From Kudoa neothunni (lineage: Eukaryota > Animalia > Cnidaria), in contig OZ199840.1 of assembly GCA_964304625.1 (NCBI GenBank), forward strand, positions 1,070,733-1,134,732: a DNA stretch of 64,000 bases, read 5' to 3'. A model generated the notes under the pieces. It was given only the letters and a program-made list of their open reading frames with translations. It was not told the origin of the DNA and did not search any database. The position numbers and the translations under genes were made by a program. Shown here piece after piece: positions 14,901 through 28,600 of the stretch. The first letter of the stretch is position 1. Each line of letters opens with the position of its first letter.

Positions 14901-17900
14901 AAACTTCAATTTCAATCATGATTTTTGTAGTCATCTATCCGTTTAAAACAACCTAAACTTTTAATTTGTGTTCAAAATAATATACTTGTTCTTTTAAACA
15001 AAAAAATCTGGGGTTAAATACACCCCAAAAACCTTAGAAGATAATCTTCCGATAAAAATGTATATATTCAATAAATTTTTAATTTTCATATTTCATCTTA
15101 TATTATAGGCGTTTTTATAGGAATAACGTGAGTTATCAGTTGTTCAGTTATTTTCAAAGAGAGATATGCTTATTTTAAAGTGGCTTTGGGGTGTAATACA
15201 CCCCAAAAACCTTAGAGGGTTAAAAAATAAATTTTGGATATATATATATATATATATATATTGTGGGTTTATAAATTTATATTTGAGATTTCGTTACCTT
15301 ATTTGAAATTTTACTTACCCCTCCTATGAGTGTATGTAATAATGACCAAGGTAAGGTCTAGTATGAGCTTAAAATCAAATAACAGGTTATCACTTTCGAC
15401 TAAATTTCGTAGTTGGGATTCATTTTATGACAGAAGAATCTAAAATTAACCAAATGTTTAAAATCATGAGCCTGCCTGCGATCCTGATACCTAAATTAGA
15501 AGTCTAACACGACAAGAATCATTCATTACAAACTATGGATTTAAGAAAAAATTATTGTTCTATTTAAAAAGGTATAAATCGATGTAATCTGTATAATTTT
15601 TTAGATATCCTTTAATTTTTAAATATACATATATATTTGAATACTTTAAACTATGAAAAATTGTATTCAACAAAAATCTCCTATTAAATATATTACGATT
15701 ATGCATAAGAATAAATTATATTTTTTAAAATGGCGTTATTTCAAAGTATTGAATGCTTATCTTGAGGTTATAATTACCCAAAAATAATTATTTTTTTATA
15801 TAGATAAAAATCACCATAACATTTAAAACTATTTTGGAGAAAATATTTAAGATAGAGGTGCTGCTATTTGTTCTGCTATTTATTTAAATGAATATTTAAA
15901 TCAAGGGTCGGCAACTTACGACCTACCCGTCGGTTATTACCATCTGGTCCGCCAAACATGGACTGGTATAAAATGTTTTCTTAGTATCTAAAATATGCAA
16001 ATACTTTTTAAATTATTATCTAGATAATTCAAATAAATGTTTTATGTCGTCGACTAAAATTCATTTTTATTAAATCTGAAAACTAGAATAAATGTGACTG
16101 CTAAAATGATGTCAAAATTATTTCAACAAATGTATATCACTTTTAAAAGGGCATATAGGTACATCTCATGTTGTTCAACCTTGTCCCACAAATCGTTCAT
16201 TCACAAGTTTAGCACGAATTGATGATACTGCACGTGAAAATAATGTGAATATAATACTTTTGATTTGACGTAATTTTATACTTTAAATGACTTTTATAAA
16301 TTCTCATTTGTATATTTAAATTCAAAATTTGAATTAAGAATAATTTAACATTTTAACAGATTAATTATAACACTGTCCGCATTAGAGTTTGTATATGTCT
16401 GTTCGGCCCATCGCTGTAAAGCTACTGACCCCTGATTTAGACAAGATTTAGACAAACGTAAGGGGGTAAACAGCTAATTTGAGGAGTTTTTTATTTAATG
16501 GATTGGTTTGTTAACTGTGTTTTGAGCGATATATTTGTAATTGATTATTCCAACTATCATTCTTATTGTAGGATGGGTTCTAAATATTTTTTACTAGTTA
16601 TTTCAATTTTATAACGTAGTTAACGTGGTGTATAATTGCGACGCTATTTTTCCTGATAAAAATTTATTTATTGTTGATTATACTTTTCTCTTTAATTCAG
16701 AATATTTAAATTGATATTGTAAAGAGGTTAATAATTTTAATCTTGATTTGATGTGTATGCTCTTGATCGTGAATTATTGTATCCAATTATTAATAGACAG
16801 AACTTTTTACTTTTAAAGTACATACCTTCTAATCTTTAATAGAATAAGCCAGATTCTATTGGTACGGTAAATTTGAATCCTATATGCGTGTGCGCTCAAA
16901 ATTTGTATATACATTAAATTTCTTAGAATCCGCTAAACTTAATAATTTCTATCCCATAGGAGTCAAGTAGGGGTCAGAAATAATTTAATTTAATAAAAAC
17001 TTGCGACTTCGAAATATTATTCATCTTGCCAGTAACCACCTTTATTAAATATAGATAAAACAAGTGGCATCTGTGTATTATTTGGCATGTCAATAACCTC
17101 TTTCATTAACCTTCTAATGCAATGTTTCCCAATCTTTTTTCTACCGCGTCCACTTTTTTAAAAGTATTTATTTTTTAACTTAAAATATAGCTCTCTACCA
17201 CTTTAAAATTTGAAAACGATTAATATATATATATATTTCTTTTCTAACTAAAATTAAAATGTGTTCGATAAAATCTAACTTAATTTATCGATGGGCCTTC
17301 AAAATTAACATATTTTGTTCTTCATTCCGTCAAAAACTGCATCATATAAAACTCGGGATATTCCAATCTTCATTAGGAAAGACCTTCTTATATAACAGAC
17401 TTATAAACTGAAAATAAATAATCAATATTGAAAATTAATCGGTGTTATGTTATATTAAATCAAAAAGGGGATATATGATTCTAAATGAGACAAGATTGAG
17501 ATCAAACCATTTTGATTATATTTGGGTGAAGGACACTTTAAATTTTATTGTTAGTTTCCATATAATTAGTCATTAAATTTTTTAGTATCTATTATATTAA
17601 TTTTCATTTATAAATAAAAGATATTGACTTCAAAGTACGTCATACTGCCTAATTATCTCGTCACTATCCATGTCACAACAATACAACAGTACAACAGTAC
17701 TCAGAATTTTACGCGTTTCAACAGAGTGGTTCAATAAACGTTCAAAATTTTTGTGACCAATCAAAATTTTGTCCCGCCTCGCCCCACCGGTGGGAAACAC
17801 CGCTCTAATGGATTTTTTAAAAAACTACCCCACATTTGTTTTCGCTAAAATTAAAGAAGAAATAATTTTTAGCGTAAATGATGAGTTTTATGATATAACT

Positions 17901-19609
17901 CTTACCAATTGTAAATAGATCACGTGATTCTATATAAAAACATGTTATGGTGATATTTTTGGGAGTTCTTGAAGTGGTGACAAGATGATTATACGGCCTA
18001 TTATTGGAGAGAATCTTAGAAACCGAAAATTTTAAACCGCCTTTAACTTTAATCTTTATTCCAATAAAATAGGTTAAAAATCAACGTTGTGGTTGTGTTC
18101 GCAACTTGTAATAAATGTTTAGAAGTCTTGTTCGCGTTAAATGCGGCTTATATATGGCATAGAAATAGGTTAAGGAATTATGTTGATTAATATTTTAGTT
18201 TTAAAGCTTTAATTAGAACAACACACAGCCAATCGATGTCAGATTTAAAAACTAATGACGGTTGTTGACGAAAGTGATATTCGTAGGATTATCGGGATTA
18301 TTAATGTATTCATATGCGCTATAATTCTTTATTCTTTTTTTGCATCCACTAAAATCTTCAAGATTTTTTTGTACCAAGCGATAAATTAAAAATCTGGGGG
18401 AACTTTGTACCCCTGAGTCAATCGGATCGGGGATCGGAGTCGGAATGCAGTCGATTTTCGGTCCATTAGAGTTTTGAATATAATAAAAAGTAGCGCCATG
18501 TGTATATTATTTACCGTGTCAATTTCCACATCCTTTATTAAATTTTTAGGTATACCTTATTTTTATTAAAATTGCATTTATTTTATATAAACGCAGCGTT
18601 TTATTTTTTTATCACATTCGGTCATAAAAGCGTAGATCCAGAAAGCAATATTTCTACTAATCGAATTATTTATAAAGATTTAAACGACTCATATTCTAAA
18701 TTTTAGCATAATTTAATATCGTTAATTATTAAAATTCCATTATGCACGTTTATTTATGCCACGCTAAATAGCGATATAATCTTAGGTTTCGTCCCTTCAT
18801 AAAGTAAAGTAGTTATATGGCATTGTTATTTTATATTTTTCGATTATATTCCTCCATTTGATTTAATTTGGCCAACCTTTGAAAATAAAAAACACTAATC
18901 TATAAATAATATGAACCAAAAGTGAGTATAATATTGGATAATCACGTGATTTTCCTTTGATCTATTTTAATTTTGACTTAAATTTACAAAGATATTCTTG
19001 AATTAAAATAAATCTATTATGAATATTTAAAAATTACGTAGTGACTTTTGGAAATTGATGCGAAACCAGCCACTTATTGTAATTATTGTAATTGTAGTAA
19101 TTTATTATTTTTTACATAATTTGTTTTTCGTGGTGTCTGTAAAATATTCTATTACCCCAAATTTTGTCGTCGTGGCGATGTAATGAATTTATTTTTGGTA
19201 CAATATCAATAATTAATTTAAACAAATTCTAAAAAATATCAGAATATATAAGAATAAATAATTTAGAAAAATTAGAATTTTCAATTAAAATACTTTAAAG
19301 ACCACATGCCTTCGTTATTTTGAATTTATTAAAGTATAAAATTCATCACAATTATATAGATTAATATTTAGTTGATCGATCAACTCAAAGATAACGGAAA
19401 AATGATTCTACCGATTGACAATGATATTGGATATCAGGACTATGTATGTGTGGAGAAAACCCAATCCCAAAACGACTACAAAATAGAAAAGCTAATGCCC
19501 GTTAGTTATGTCCCCTTTGACTGATATTGACAGACAAGTGAGTTTTTTAATGATTTCAACGTATTGACATTAATTTCTGTTACTCATTTATTAGCTGAGA
19601 AGATTGTAA
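11956..19609 (+). CDS. PCMT1: Protein-L-isoaspartate O-methyltransferase; exons 11956-12010, 12079-12192, 12279-12310, 12365-12469, 12527-12650, 12721-12806, 19372-19537, 19595-19609
   Basis: Motifs [21 protein letters not shown] (SAM motif I), [36 protein letters not shown](LTD). The 6565-nt intron 12807-19371 hosts transposons. One extra base at 19512-19518 shifts the C-terminus; as written it stops at 19524. Confidence 0.93.
12929..13000. mobile_element. Orphan hAT-type left end abutting the piggyBac
   Basis: CAGCGGTGGGCAAA...TGCGGCCCGC resembles Charlie-like termini. No matching right end was found. Confidence 0.4.
13030..15219 (-). mobile_element. piggyBac transposon, near full length, inside the PCMT intron
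   Basis: TIRs CCC(A/T)CTAAGGTTTTTGGGGTGTA at 13030-13052 and 15197-15219, with an extra internal copy at ~15010-15038. TTAA at 15220-15223, but ATAC at 13026-13029. Confidence 0.93.
13305..14861 (-). CDS. piggyBac (PGBD4-like) DDD transposase, 518 aa, with the C-terminal Cys-rich domain out of frame
   Basis: Acidic N-terminus; catalytic motifs VDEQL, ADNFF and KGGVDNID; also [21 protein letters not shown] and TRRWPM. Confidence 0.93.
   Translation of the reverse strand: MSDFSDFSDECGSYGSEYDDFIIEDFETSEESIEEDTVHANTLISKSGISWSDKKPPATKTIAANIMESAPGPTSYAFLRIKTIVDCFSLFFNDEICSTIIKYTNAFGTKHFKEEWLDVDTVEFKGYLGLLILMGTHKDRQEPLCELFSVKEGKEIYRRLFSLRRFKQINRSIHFDDFETRIQRKETDKFCPIREIWDKWVTILHRCFSPNQDVTVDEQLVSFRGRCPFKQYMPMKPAKYGLKFFMLADPISNYVLNISIYLGKNNSDNTRQCNLGESVVLSLSIPLFYSGRNVVADNFFSSFSLVEKLMDKNLTFLGTLRKNKKEIPSCLLPSPRKHIYSSHFVFYKNCMMVSYVCKKSKTVILLTSGTTDDSVSDEKLKFKPNVILNYNQTKGGVDNIDRMLASVSVRRFTRRWPMIVFFNMVDLSLVSAFALYKDIFNDSKKNRRAFLKEIAQCLYDPLLSRNMPTKIIKNVDVNIAREKKIVKYRNGANLVSNITARIIHLTLVLNVKNNVYYH
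15902..16434. mobile_element. hAT (Charlie-like) MITE
   Basis: Ends CAAGGGTCGGCAAC / CAGGGGTCAGTAGC (rc). Flanks ATTTAAAT and ATTTAGAC match at 6/8. Confidence 0.7.
17120..17802. mobile_element. hAT MITE, sister copy of 1293-2546 in opposite orientation
   Basis: Ends CAATGTTTCCCA / CGGTGTTTCCCA (rc). Flanks TTCTAATG and CTCTAATG match at 7/8. Confidence 0.85.
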
Positions 19610-19625
19610 ACAATTGCGGTTATTT

Positions 19626-22600
19626 TTATTGAAACCACTGTACAATAGAACAACATAATCTATTCAAAAATTTCGTTATATTTGGTTCGTCGAACTATGC
19701 AAGTTGCAGACCCGTGTTTGTACGCATAATAGAGATGTCGATCGAATTTTATTTTGGATTTTTTATATGAATCAGTAGTTTCATTTTCCTCCAATAAACC
19801 ACCATCCAGTAATGTATTGGCTGAATTTTCTTTGTTGGAAAATTCGGTTAAGTGCGCATGAGAAGGTTTTTGAGCACTTTGAATTTGAATCCTTCCAAAA
19901 AAGTCTCTTTTAGGCGCCTTATAATCCGATTATTTTTATTAATAAATAAATTATTTACATTAGTAGGATTAGTGATGGCGTCAGTTGCTACAGTTTTCAA
20001 CATTCTAGAATATTGTTAATGTAAAATTATATTTTATGTCTAAATAAGTCATCGTAAAATTCAATAAATACAGCGGAGAGTTTGAAGATTGGGTGACAAT
20101 TTTTCCGGTACTGGCATCTTTTGTTGAGGCGAGATTTCTTCGGATTTTATCAGATTTCAACTCTGCTGCTAAAGTCTCCACCTAGATTGATGTGTGTATA
20201 ACGATGACGTTCAATTTTGTTGTATTACCGTTGTTTTAAGAAGTTGCATAACGTTTTCTGGTATTGAAGGTTTGCAACGAATAACCCCGGGAAAAGTACA
20301 CAAATGCCGAATATTCCTAAATTTTTAAATAATGTTTATTGGGATACTTGCCGATTTTGGTTGAAACATATGTGTGAAAAAAATTATTAATATTACGGTT
20401 CAAATTGATAGTTGATCAACGTGTCGACCATATTTTGGTTGTTGGTATTCGATAAATGATTTTGATATGATTTTATTGCTATATTCTTTTCCAGTAATAT
20501 ATTTGCCGCGTTTCTAAGCGCTGATTTCTCATTCTGTGTCATCATGTACAAGTTGACCTGATTGGATAGAAATTTTAAAACAAATCTACAGCGCGCTTGT
20601 TGGTAGTGACTATGGCTCATAAAAATCGAATCTATTGGGTGGTGTCATTAGTTTAATTATTTCATTTTTATTTATTTAAGAACCACAAAAAAAATAAAAA
20701 TAGTTAGCTATTCCGAATTCCAACGAAAGACTTAATGCAATAATTATGAATTATATCAACTAGTTAATTAATGGGGCGATTTCTTATATTTCCTCAAAAA
20801 ATTAAAGATACTTTCAAAAAAATCGCTTGATTAATAAGAATTTTTTAAAATGTTTTCTAATATCCCCGAACAAATAAAAAATAAGATATTCTATAAGAAA
20901 CATATAATTATAATTTAATAAGAAATATTATATTCTTAGGTTTATTGACATTTATGATTAAAAAATCAATCATTGTGCTCAGTAAAAGAGAAGGAAAAAT
21001 AGAGGGTCGATTTTTGTCACTTACAGCATTAACGCATTAAATTGGACTATAAAATAACCAAATTATTTATAATAAGATAAATTTAAGGTTAGAAACCAAA
21101 ATTTCAATATTGGGAATATAAATTATGGTTATTTGACTAATTTAGATGTGCATGGGGCCTATAAATAAATAGATGGAATCGAAAAACTCATAATTGTATC
21201 TAAATCATCATATATTAATTGATACTAAATTATAAAACCTTTTCTAATATAGTTAATTAAAATTTTATCAAAATAAGAATAATTCATCATAGAAAAATTC
21301 CAACTAAAAATAATAAATATATTAATTTTATATTTTTTTGGATTATGTTAAATAACGAATAACAGGAAATGTATATGACGAACATCTATGGTGAAATCGA
21401 CTCTGTATAATATATTGTTTTGAGGGTATTTTTAATCTCCAAAATTATTTGATATATCGATTATTAAATTAAATATTACATATTACATATTACATATCAC
21501 ATATCACATATCACATATGTTAATTGGGAGAAACTAGTAAACTATATGAAATTTTAGCTTTATAATAACATTAATTTTTTAAGGTGATTGTCAATACTTT
21601 CACACAAATAATCATATATGCGTATGTGATCTGAATATATCAGAAATATTGTTGAAAGTTATAAATATTTTATATTGTATATATTTACTAAATTTAAAAT
21701 TTATTGAAAATGTCTTTCAACATTTCCTTATGGACTGGTGATTTATATATTAAAATAGATTGATTTTCCCAAGCCGACAGTCACTTCCAACAATACGATT
21801 AATAGGTTACATTTTTCAATGTGGGCTGAACCAAGGCCGCTATAAAATATATGAGATCGTAGCTAGTGGCATCAATAGCCAAAGTGATTTCATTCGCAAG
21901 ACGCATAGAACCCCCACATTGAAAACGATGCATCAATTCTTTATTTCGATTCAAACTGTCTATATTCTATTGGAATGAGGAATTATTTAGAAACACCCAT
22001 TCTCATAAAAAATTCTCAATACTTGATAGTAACTGGACGGATAAACAAATTTGTAAGAATGTTTGGTGCAATCGTAGGACAAGGCTAGATGAAGGGCATA
22101 TGATACAATTGTATTTTTTAATCCATAAAGCGGTCCATAATGTTGATATCGATTTATCATAGTAGACATTTGATCGTATAATTGAAAATATTGTGCACAC
22201 ATGTGTTCCCTCTAAAATCATATTTTATTTGGCAATCCAACATAAATGACTGAATTCTATAATTCTACATCATTCGAAATGTAATGGTGATTAATAAATT
22301 TATTATGACAAAAATTAAGTGAGGGTAGAAAATAAAATATGTTAACTGAAATAATATTAACAATTTTTAAGGTGAAAATTTTTTTAATCATAAATATGAT
22401 TTTTGTCTGACTAAAAATTATAAACAAAATTAAATGAGATTATTGAAAAATATTCCTAAATTTTTTGGAAAATCTCATCTAATCAATATCAATGAAGGAT
22501 TAGATAGGCCGATTACTGATATCAAAATATGGAAACAATTCGCGTACTTTTTCAATATAAAAACTTCGATATCTTGAAGGGATTTCCAATAAATGACAGT

Positions 22601-25600
22601 AGTTATCAAACAGTCCTAAAAAATTGGATATAATATACAAATAGTATGGATTGGAGGTTTTCGATAGGGGGCGTATATCGATCGTTTATTAGAATTATAT
22701 AGTTTTGAATTTTAAATTATTTTTATTGATAATAAGTTTGGGAATTGATAAAATTTAAGAAAAATAGAATAAAACTGTTTTAAAGATAAAACCAACCAAA
22801 AAAAGATTATTAATAATTTAATGATATTTTTCGCGAGTTGTATTTTTGAAGATTATGTTTAAAGCACGAGAAACGTTATTTTTCACGTATAGTAAAAAAA
22901 TCCAATCTCACTCCAAATACTCTTAATATATAATTCAAACTAATACGCACAACCGAGTAAAATAATATTTAATCCAAAATAATGTATCAGATTTTGAAAA
23001 ACAATATATTTGCTTTAAAAACTCTGGCGGATTAAGACAAATAGATTTAAACAAATAAGCACTAACATAAACGTTTGTATCAAGTGAGATACAAAGGGTT
23101 GCGAAAACAAATATAATAAAAGCAATACGAATATACGAATAATGGTCTCCATATCAATTATTACTTCATAGACTCTCGCAAATAAGATGTTAGACGTTGG
23201 CTGTCAAATAAAGTTTGGCTCATGTGTATTGATAAAAAATAAAAAATAAATAGGTTAAAATAGGGTTTTTTAGTTAAAAGCAAAATCGAATAGATAGTAA
23301 AGGATTGATTAATCGTATCTTTGATATTCGGAATTACTCAATTAATTTAATCCAACTAATATTTTATATTTTCTCAATAGAATAATAAATTTTTCTAATT
23401 ACAAAAACCAAAGTGAATTATTAAGCAGTAATTATATGTGAATAAATTATAACGTTTGAGTATTATTACTCCTCTAGCATATTGATCAATTATGTTAGCC
23501 GGAGAATTAAGATTATAATATTTAAGACGAGTTGAAACATTGAAAAATTAGGTATAATTATGCATCCTTAACCAATCATCAAATTCGCTCACATGAGAGA
23601 ATGAACCACGCCTCAAACATAAAATATGATAATTAAAGTTATTTAATTGATTTTAAAAGAGTTATTAAACAATTACAAAAATATATATATTCTCTGAAAT
23701 ACACCAAACACTTGTTAATTTACATCTAAAATAAAATTTTTAATAAATGAGTAATTCCCCCCAAACCTCCGATACTGATACCGATCCCTCATGTAAATTA
23801 AAAACACTGCAACGAAAAAAAAATTATCGCACTAAATAAGTACCGTAAAGATAACGATCTGTATTTCCCGCGCATTGATTAATGAGGTTGGTTATGTGTT
23901 GATAGGGTCTAGATTGAGTGGTAACTATTCTGCTATTTGTCTGAAATGTCTGTTTCCACATATCGTACAGAGACGACTGCCGATCCTTATACAAATCATC
24001 AATTCCAAAATATTCGGTTCCTTTTGATTGACCCATCACATAGAACTATAATTAACAGTCAAGTAGGTTGTTATTAATTATCGAATTTTACAAATAATTA
24101 CTTGCAGATTATTTATAGATGAACGTATATCGCCGTCCGTCTCAGATACTATTCTGTAAAGATAGTCATCTCTTAGCGTTGTTTTCGGTATTTCATTTAA
24201 AATAATCTAATTGTTTATCGATAAAATGTACCATCAACTATGAAAGTGAATACATTCCTCAACAGATGAACTATCTTTTCATGGCTAATTGATGGAAAGT
24301 TTATCACAAAAGCATGCTGTTTGAGTTTATATAGACAAGAAGCAAATCTTAAATGTTGAGCGTTAATTCCGACTCAATCACTGATAGAATGATATTATTC
24401 GTACAGATTGTTACAAATACAAATTATTGGTCGTGGAATAAATTTTGAAGTTTTTTTCGACGAGCTCTCACTCACATTCACTCCATATTCAAGCAAAACA
24501 TCAATAGATTTCTATCAGTGGAAAATTAAATGGGTTCAAACCTCCGGATATACTTTAGGTGCACCATCAATCTCATCAAAAACTAAACAAATCGGCCTAC
24601 CACTATTAATCGAATTTTTAACTAAGGATGTTTTGGTAAAAAATGTTTGGAAATTTTCAGGGGTCCTTTCATCACTACACATTACCATGAGACGATGTTT
24701 GAATTTTTAAAACCTCTAACGACAGTTTGAATATTTAGAATTTCAAAGGCGACATCATTAATTAGATTATTTATACGTCTTAAAATATACCTTTGGAGGA
24801 CTTGTTTTCGTTTTTTATAAACTTATTTACGTATTAAATATAACTATTATATTTCACGCAGAAATGTTTAAAATATATTCTTCAATCAAAAAAACTTTAA
24901 AGTGAATTAATTAAAACTACGAATTATTTTATGAATCAAAAGAAATTTTATTTTAAATTTAATTGAATAATTAAAATCATTTGTTGAAAAATAAAAATTT
25001 TGCACAAACATATGTAGTAATGGATCGGTCGTAAGAATCTTCTTGGGGATAAGGAAATTGTACGTACTACCGGCCCCAGCCGGATAGTTCTTACTTTTTC
25101 GCGCATAAAAACATTAAAACACAAACTTGTTAACTTAAATATCGCTGGAAAAAACATCCAGAATCGAATCAGATATTAAATCGCGCTTCTTTGAGCCCAG
25201 ATGTTTAAAATAATTGTCAAGCTCTTCTACGTAAAACAATACCATCTTTGAAGAGTTCAACATTTTATCAATAAAATCATCTTCCATTTCTAAATCTTTG
25301 AGGGGCAGATGTCACCCGCGCAATTGTTACTACTATGAATTCAGGAGGACCCCATTATAAATCAACCTACTACAAGCCTAAAGCACGTGTCTATGTTTAT
25401 CCTTTGTTTTTTAGTTAGTTGTCACGTTAATGTAACTAGAAAAAACTTACTCATTGTTTAACGGTGTTAAATAAAGAAAAACGCTTAATTTAATCATTTG
25501 GTCAAAGCAATAAAATGTGTACGACCGATCCTCGCGTGACTTTATATTTTTTCGTTTATTGTTAGTAATTTTGCTTACTAATCGTTTTAGACGAGTACTT

Positions 25601-28600
25601 ATAGCATTATATAATTTTTTAAAACCATTTAAATATTGACTAACCTTTTGGTATGTAAAATAATTCAGGTACTTACGACCGCTCCACCATTGCAGTATTA
25701 ATAATTTAAAACTCCCTAAGAAACGAATTTACGATATATTTTTTGCATCAAGAAACACTCATTTTGGGTGATATCATTCAGATATGGCATTTTTTACCAC
25801 TCCCAACATTAACAAAATATATAAAAATCCATTAATAAATCATGCAGTAAACCAGAAAGAACGTAATCTCATTTTTATTCGTCGAACAATGATGATAAGT
25901 ATTTCTTAAAGTTACCAGCTACTAGCTATTAATATGAGGTAACTTTGAGCGAAAGAAAAATTCAAATGTTTCCAAATAAATACATCAACGCATGATAATT
26001 TTCTAAAAAGAATACCATATTCAACCCCAATATTCACATTGGCGCACAGGCGTATTACGGGTCAAAAATTGACACAAAATATTTTTACCATAGCAACTTT
26101 ATTACAACCATAAATAAACTACTTAAATTCCCGTTTTTACACCGGTTAAACAGATTTTTTAATTAAGTCTTATTCTTATATCGGGCATAAGACACTAAGG
26201 AACTTAAAAACTATCATTAATATTAAACAATGTTAAAATGGCAACAAAGGTTTTAATTAAGAATTACATATGAGAATACAAATTATGAAAGCGAAGGATT
26301 CTAATTAAAATATTTCTATTTTTTGTTAGATTTTAGACATAATAAAAACCGATTGCGAAAATCCTTTTATAATCCTTGATCTCAGACACTTCAACTTACA
26401 AGTTGGGTACAGATTTAACTTTTAGAATCTGCTATATTTAATTATTTCTGACCCCTAAGAGCTAAGAGGGTAGGAAAGGACAGATACAGTTTAATGTAGA
26501 AAAATCTCATAAAATAAAATCTGTAAATGGCTTGCGAGCAAGAGTTGTTGGGATTAAAAATTGTCATTATGTAAGCGTGTGTGCCTTTTAAGACAAGAAT
26601 TTATCCCTCAAATAGCCATAGCCTCAGCTATAATTAAGCCAGTATAAAACCTTCAAGGAAATATGAGTTTCGCTTCCAAGTTAAGGGGATAAATTTAAAA
26701 AAAAAGGTTGAGAACTTTTGGACTATTGCATAAAACAGGTAACAAAGATACGCTTGAAATGTTCATTAGGACGGAAACTACGCTTAAAAAATCCACCTAA
26801 ATACGCCGTAGTTGTTCACCAACTTGGCAAAAAATTCCGGATTATTTTGTTACATTTTGTTATCTCAATATTTTCCACATCATAAAAATGTGAAACTCGC
26901 AATATTTGAAGAAATTTACGTAATGAGAATAAATCACGTTATATCTTATCTTCGTCTAACCCAAATATCTCTAATCGATTATCCCCCTGAGTATCCCATC
27001 AGAAATAAACAGTTAATGAACCCATCAAATTCGATCCATCTATCACCGAAAATGTTTCCATCTATGTACTAGTAACTGGTATATTTTAAAATAATAGCGT
27101 ACAAAACAGAATTAAATATTATTCTGAAAGTATCAGTCGTATTTTGTAAAAAAAATGGAGAAACACCCAGGACAACCTCTCATAATATTTGCAACACATG
27201 TTCCAGATGCCAACGACGGGGGATTCATTGACCGTAACATTCCCTCCTTGTGTATTAATGAGTTAAGTTGTATATCTGTGTCAATATCAAATTTTTCTAA
27301 CGTTAAATAATCATGAAACGAAGAAAATGAATCTGAAGACTTGGTATCGGAGGAATTACTACTATTAAGATCATTTGAATATTTAAATGAAATCAATTAT
27401 GGCGCAAGCGCAATGTAGATTAAGATATAATATTCATGCGATAAAAATATATTTACTCCGATAGAATTTTTTCAAAGTTTTCCCCAAACATTTAAATCAA
27501 TACTTGGGATAATTAGATGAAAAAAAATCGTGGGGTCCAAAATACCTCAAATTTTACTTTTTACTTTTTATTTGGAGGATGTTTTTGCATTAACATTTTT
27601 TCTACGAATGAAAAAGTTTTTTAATTGGTGGAATTTTACTACAGAACATTTTAGAAGAATAGACTGACTGCCAAAAATTTCTCACAAGTTAATGTGGTAG
27701 AAAAATGATAACTAATGTCGCCTGGGGGCCAAAAGACCCCAATTAAACAATAAATGTTAAACATTAAACAAACTTAGAGGGTTAAGTAAAAAATTAAAGC
27801 CGCGCGAAATTTTAAGGACCAAATTATAATCCACTAGAAGTGTATAAGGATTAAATGTCGTCAGAGGGTTAATATGACTTTTAATTCCTTAACAATTACC
27901 TTGCATTAATTTCCATTACATCATAACCACAATGCTTGGCTACAATGTGGACAAGCATTGTCTTGCCCATACCGGGTTCACCGTTGATGAGCAGAATCTA
28001 TTAGTAATTATTTTAGTGGGTAGATTCGTTGTAAAAATTCAACCCGAAAACGAGGAAGTAAACTATTCTCATCAAACTCCTAAACACACAATAGAATTTT
28101 TGCGTCAAATAAATCCTATCACCAATAATCTGTCCATTTTTAATTCATATGATGATTTAAATTCGCGTTTTTTCGTTGCATTATTTCGCGGTTTAAATTT
28201 TGGAAGGCCATTGTTATTGGCATACTTAGGAGTGGTTGATTTAAAAATGAATGGATCCCATAGTTTCATCCATTTCAAAACTAACCGATTAATCATCTTG
28301 AATTAATCCATTTGAATTAGGCGTGTAAAACAACTAATTTTACATTGTCGCTTATTAGATGAGTAAATTTTGAGGGACGATATTTGTTAGCCCAACACAC
28401 CGAAGAATTTGCTTTATTCGTGCTCGTATTCTCACTGTATTATTACCGTTAATTACGTAATAACCAACACAATTACTACAATCACTTACAGCTCAATAAC
28501 TTCACTGTTATCACATGGCTGTTGATTTTTTAATGTAATCTATATGAAATTAATTCAGTTGAGCTACCACATGATGAAATACATTCCGCTTTGCTCTCTC

